Part shown: piece after piece, positions 60,245-64,000 of the stretch
Position numbering within the stretch: the stretch's first letter is position 1
Layout of the letters: every line of letters begins with the position of its first letter
Source: an uncultured Verrucomicrobiae bacterium
GTDB lineage: Bacteria > Verrucomicrobiota > Verrucomicrobiia > Limisphaerales > JAFGQR01
Assembly: GCA_963788655.1 (NCBI GenBank)
Contig: CAWBHS010000060.1
Span: forward strand, 256,001 to 320,000
DNA: 64,000 bases
Reading direction: 5' to 3'
Notes under the pieces: generated by a model
What the model was told of the DNA's origin: nothing
What the model saw: the letters and a program-made list of their open reading frames with translations, nothing else
Databases searched by the model: none
Made by a program: the position numbers and the translations under genes

Positions 60245-60979
60245 ATGATGAACAAGCGCGTCATCCTAATCACCGGCGCCAACGGCGGGATGGGGCTGGC
60301 CATTGCCAGGGCGTTCCTGGCGGAGAATCCGGATAATGTCGTCGGGCTTGGTCTCCATGCCCGCCGTGAACAGGCGGAGGAACTGGCGGCGAAGCACGCG
60401 CCACGGTGCCGTTGCGTGCCGCTGGATGTCACTTCACCGGAAGCGTGGCAGGCCGCCGTCAAGTCAATCGTGGATGCCGACGACCGATTGGACGTGTTGG
60501 TGAACAACGCCGGCACTCACGAGGATACTTTGCTGGGCACCATGCCAACCGAAACCTGGCGCCGGGTATTGGCCACCAATCTCGACGGAGTGTTTCACGG
60601 TTGCCAGGCAGTGTTGCCCGTGATGATCAACCAGCGTCGTGGCCGGATTATTAATGTGGCTTCGCTCAGTGCGCTGTTGGCGCCGGCGGGACAAACCAAT
60701 TACGCCGCCGCGAAAGCCGGAGTGGTGGCGCTGACCCAATCCCTGGCCAAAGAGGTGGCGCGGATTGGAATCACCGTCAACGCGGTTTGTCCCGGCTATA
60801 TTGCAACCGAGGCCTTGGCCGAAATGAGTGGTCCGGAGCGCCAAGCCGCGGTGGCCCGGATTCCCATGCGACGGTTTGGGCGACCGGAAGAAATCGCCGC
60901 GGCCATTCGCTTTTTGGCCGGTGACGAGGCCGCCTATGTCACCGGCGCAACCTTGAAAATTGACGGAGGTATATTCTGA
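60245..60979 (+). CDS. 3-oxoacyl-ACP reductase (FabG-like)
   Basis: TGANGGMG, VNNAG, YAAAK, VNAVCPG and IDGG. Confidence 0.92.
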   Translation: MMNKRVILITGANGGMGLAIARAFLAENPDNVVGLGLHARREQAEELAAKHAPRCRCVPLDVTSPEAWQAAVKSIVDADDRLDVLVNNAGTHEDTLLGTMPTETWRRVLATNLDGVFHGCQAVLPVMINQRRGRIINVASLSALLAPAGQTNYAAAKAGVVALTQSLAKEVARIGITVNAVCPGYIATEALAEMSGPERQAAVARIPMRRFGRPEEIAAAIRFLAGDEAAYVTGATLKIDGGIF

Positions 60980-61254
60980 TGGAAACTGACGCAACATATA
61001 ACGAAGAGATCAAACGGTTGATGCTGGAAAATCTCATGCTCCAGGTCACCGCCGATGAAATTAGCGACGAACAGCCTCTGTTCGGACCGGACAGCTTGGG
61101 ACTGGATTCCGTGGATGCGCTCCAATTGGTGGTCGCCCTCGACAAAACCTACGGCCTTAAGATTTCCAGTCCGGAGGTCGCGCGCGAAGTGCTCCGCAAC
61201 GTGTCCTCCATCGCACAGGCGGTCAAGGCGCATCGCGAGCAGCAACCGAGCTGA
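60979..61254 (+). CDS. Acyl carrier protein
   Basis: Acidic 91-aa protein with LFG..SLGLDSVDALQL phosphopantetheine site. Confidence 0.92.
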   Translation: METDATYNEEIKRLMLENLMLQVTADEISDEQPLFGPDSLGLDSVDALQLVVALDKTYGLKISSPEVAREVLRNVSSIAQAVKAHREQQPS

Positions 61255-61257
61255 GCC

Positions 61258-61327
61258 GTAGCGGCGTCTCGGCAGAGTGCCGCCATCTTGCGAAAAGTAA
61301 GTGAGCGGCGTTTTGCCGAGACGCCGC
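61258..61327. repeat. GTAG-type REP-like inverted pair, possible terminator between convergent genes
   Basis: gtagcggcgtctcggcagagtgccgc...gcggcgttttgccgagacgccgc. Confidence 0.7.
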
Positions 61328-61351
61328 CCCGCCCTATCGATTCAGAATCGT

Positions 61352-62122
61352 TCAGTCAGCAGCTTGACGGGGCTTCGCTTCAACCACCCGTTCATCGAAG
61401 GTGGCGAAAATTTCTTCGCCTGGCTTGACGACCAGAAAATCCTTCTCCGCCCAATCGCCGTCCAGCCAGCGCTGGAACAAACTGAGGTCACCGTCGATTT
61501 CGCCAAACTCCCAGTGGCGCTCCGCACAAATCTGCCGGACTTGTTGGTCCAGCTTAAGGTGTTTGGCGAAGTCGAAATTGATCAGCACCCCGTGCGTGTA
61601 TCCCTCGGTCCAGCGGTTCATCTCTTCCATCAGAAACTTGGCTTCCTCCTCGCCGTATTTCTTGACCCATTTTTCGTAGGTGTCCTTGACGCCGGCGCCG
61701 GCACTGGCCGGCAGTGACGCCCCACCCCACACCGCGCCGTGGTCGCCGCGGCGCTGGATGCACTCCAACCAACCGGAGGTGTAGTAATAGGTGCCGGGCC
61801 GTTCGGAGAACAATTGCTGGTAACGCTCTTTCGAGCCCATGAAAAAGGTGATGCAATCGTGCGCCCGCGGAATGACCAGCGGCGTGTGCGTCGCCTTCAG
61901 CCCGACCAGGATGCTGCTGCACAGACCGTAGCCCAACAGGATGGCGTCGAAGCGGCCTTCCGGCACTGCCTCAATGCGCTGCTGGATGTCGCGGCACCCG
62001 GTCTTGGGAATGTCGTGATAGCCCTGGGTAAGGAAGTCGGTTTCAATCAGGTTCGGCGAACGGGCGGCCAAGTAACTGATTTCGCGGAAGGCAATTTCGC
62101 AGGCAATGACTTTCAAAAACAT
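61352..62122 (-). CDS. DUF1638-domain protein
   Basis: VIACE, GYH, ILLGYGLCS, PRAHDCI and GTYYYTSGW. Confidence 0.8.
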   Translation of the reverse strand: MFLKVIACEIAFREISYLAARSPNLIETDFLTQGYHDIPKTGCRDIQQRIEAVPEGRFDAILLGYGLCSSILVGLKATHTPLVIPRAHDCITFFMGSKERYQQLFSERPGTYYYTSGWLECIQRRGDHGAVWGGASLPASAGAGVKDTYEKWVKKYGEEEAKFLMEEMNRWTEGYTHGVLINFDFAKHLKLDQQVRQICAERHWEFGEIDGDLSLFQRWLDGDWAEKDFLVVKPGEEIFATFDERVVEAKPRQAAD

Positions 62123-62144
62123 AACGGCGCAAATCCATGCAATT

Positions 62145-63197
62145 TCATTCCACTCGGGCCAAACCGGTGCCTTTGACCACTTCACCGATGATCCAGGCCT
62201 TTTGGCGGCGAGCATGAACATACTTTAGCACAGCGTCGGCCTGGTCGCCCCCGACAATCAGCGTCATGCCAATGCCCATGTTGAAGACCTGATACAATTC
62301 CGCTTCCGGCACGCGGCCCTGAGACTGGATGATTTGGAAGATTGGTGGCAGCGGCCACGAGTCTTTGCGGATGACCACATCGCTGCGTGGGGGCAGCACA
62401 CGCGGGAGGTTGTCCACAAACCCGCCGCCGGTGATATGCGCCAAGCCCTTAATTACTCGCGGTTGGTCCGGACGATTGAACTGCTTGATCAGCGTCTGCA
62501 CCAACGGGCCGTAGCTCACGTGAACTTTGAGCAGTTCCGCGCCGATGGACTGGCGCAATCCCGTCACGCGACTGGTCGGTTTGAGTTTCATTTGCTCGAA
62601 GAAAATCCGGCGCGCCAGCGAATAACCATTCGTGTGCAGTCCGTTCGAGGCGAGGCCAATCACGGCGTCGCCAGGCCGGATGCCTTTGCCGTCGAGCATC
62701 CGCGATTTCTCCACCACGCCCACAATCGTGCCGCTCACGTCGTATTCGCCGGGTTGATAGAAGCCCGGCATCTGGGCGGTTTCGCCACCGATCAACGCGC
62801 AACCGTTCTCGACGCAGGCTTTGGCAAAGCCCTTGACGATCTGGGTGAAGACGTGCGGCTTCAATTTGCCCGTGCCCAGATAATCGAGGAAGAATAACGG
62901 CTCCGCACCCAGCACGGCGATGTCGTTCACGCAATGATTGACCAGGTCCTGCCCGATGGTGTCGTGGCGGTCCAGGGCAAAGGCCAGCTTCAGCTTGGTG
63001 CCGACGCCATCGACGCTCGAAACCAGCACCGGCTGACGGTATTTCTTCACATCGAAGGCGAACAAGCCGCCAAAGCCGCCCACTTTGCCGAGCACCTCGC
63101 GGCGATGCGTGGACGCCAGCAATTGCGGCAAGGTGGCTTTCACCCGGTTGCCCAAATCAATGTCCACGCCCGCGCGGGCATAAGCTGTCCGTTTCAT
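62145..63197 (-). CDS. purM: Phosphoribosylformylglycinamidine cyclo-ligase
   Basis: YARAGVDI, DGVGTK, GGETA.MPG, SNGLHTNGYSL, HITGGG and FNMGIG. Confidence 0.97.
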   Translation of the reverse strand: MKRTAYARAGVDIDLGNRVKATLPQLLASTHRREVLGKVGGFGGLFAFDVKKYRQPVLVSSVDGVGTKLKLAFALDRHDTIGQDLVNHCVNDIAVLGAEPLFFLDYLGTGKLKPHVFTQIVKGFAKACVENGCALIGGETAQMPGFYQPGEYDVSGTIVGVVEKSRMLDGKGIRPGDAVIGLASNGLHTNGYSLARRIFFEQMKLKPTSRVTGLRQSIGAELLKVHVSYGPLVQTLIKQFNRPDQPRVIKGLAHITGGGFVDNLPRVLPPRSDVVIRKDSWPLPPIFQIIQSQGRVPEAELYQVFNMGIGMTLIVGGDQADAVLKYVHARRQKAWIIGEVVKGTGLARVE

Positions 63198-63379
63198 GAT
63201 GGGCAGTAAGGTGTTGGCGCGTGGCCCATCGGGTCAATCTTTTTCAAGAAAACGCGTTTCCTCACTCAGCGCCAACGGCTCCGCAATCCGCTGCCGGGTA
63301 GGACGAAAACTCCGTCGAGCCCTACCAGGATATGGTTGCGGCTCTGCCCCGCTGGCTCCATTCGCGGGTTGGAACCGTT

Positions 63380-64000
63380 TTACTTTGGCTTCAACTGCGG
63401 GAACAGGATCACGTCGCGGATGCTCTCCTGGCCCAGCAGCATCATGCACAAGCGGTCAATGCCCAGGCCCAGGCCACCGGCCGGCGGCATGCCGTGCTCC
63501 AGTGCCACTAGAAAGTCTTCGTCCAGCTTTTGCGTTTCACCGCCGGCTTGATGCTCCAACCGCTCGCGCTGTTCCAGCGCATCATTTTGCTCGCTGTAGG
63601 CCGGGGCGATCTCCTGACCGTTGATGCAGCACTCGAACACTTCCACCGTCGATGGATCGTCGGGCGATAACTTGGCTAGCGGAATCAATTCCTTCGGAGC
63701 GTGCGTGACAAAGACCGGGTCGATCAGCGTCGGTTCAATCAATTTCTCGAAGAGAGCCTGGGTGACTTCGAAATCCTCGTATTCATCGGCAATCTCGGCA
63801 CCCAAATCGAGGGCGCGCTTGCGGCGTTCGGCTGGGGTGGTTCCAAACCAATCCGCGCCGCCCTTTTCGCGCACCAGTTCCTGGTATGTGGCGCGGCGCC
63901 ATGGCGGGGTCAGGTTGATGGTCCGAGTCACTTTGCCTTCGGCGTCCTTGTGCTCGACGACCAGCGTGCCGAGGACCTGTTGCGCCACGTGGCAAACCAT
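63380..64000 (-). CDS. lysS: Lysine-tRNA ligase (class II), C-terminal part
   Basis: [19 protein letters not shown] and [25 protein letters not shown]...SIRDVILFP. Confidence 0.95.
   Translation of the reverse strand: MVCHVAQQVLGTLVVEHKDAEGKVTRTINLTPPWRRATYQELVREKGGADWFGTTPAERRKRALDLGAEIADEYEDFEVTQALFEKLIEPTLIDPVFVTHAPKELIPLAKLSPDDPSTVEVFECCINGQEIAPAYSEQNDALEQRERLEHQAGGETQKLDEDFLVALEHGMPPAGGLGLGIDRLCMMLLGQESIRDVILFPQLKPK

Noticed and set aside
1..64000. tRNA, rRNA or riboswitch genes
   Set aside because: None recognised by eye in the intergenic regions; a covariance-model search (tRNAscan-SE, Rfam/Infernal) is needed to exclude them.

Overview
GC-rich bacterial window, probably Verrucomicrobiota/PVC (inferred from gene content and intergenic repeat style). 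In order it holds: (1) the tail of a PVC-type DUF4175-like/coiled-coil/prenyltransferase-repeat operon, an L,D-transpeptidase and a nucleotidyltransferase-GHMP kinase fusion (1-9.8 kb); (2) two REC-HDOD regulators and an ECF sigma/anti-sigma/serine hydrolase module (10-16.3 kb); (3) a ~20 kb minus-strand flagellin glycosylation island (16.5-37 kb) with a sigma54-like promoter, fliW-csrA-flagellin, decaying genes, an SDR epimerase, a NeuB-cupin fusion, a HAD phosphatase, a B12 radical SAM enzyme, a ThDP enzyme, two methyltransferases and a ~2300-aa five-domain glycosyltransferase; (4) a decayed defence/mobile hotspot (39-44.8 kb) built from triplicated gene-end fragments (beta-propeller end, ClpB end, plus two HsdM starts) interleaved with a PIN toxin-antitoxin pair, an M.PvuII-like methylase, a HATPase stub and an IS21/IS630 chimeric transposase; (5) a ~14 kb type II FAS/PKS-like lipid cluster with a B12 radical SAM enzyme and an MMPL-acyltransferase fusion (47.6-61.3 kb); (6) DUF1638, purM and partial lysS. 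Two window-wide signals stand out: I found no CAGCTG site by eye, and five +1 frameshifts sit directly on GTAC motifs, probably methylation-linked sequencing errors. All family assignments come from motif recognition, not database searches.
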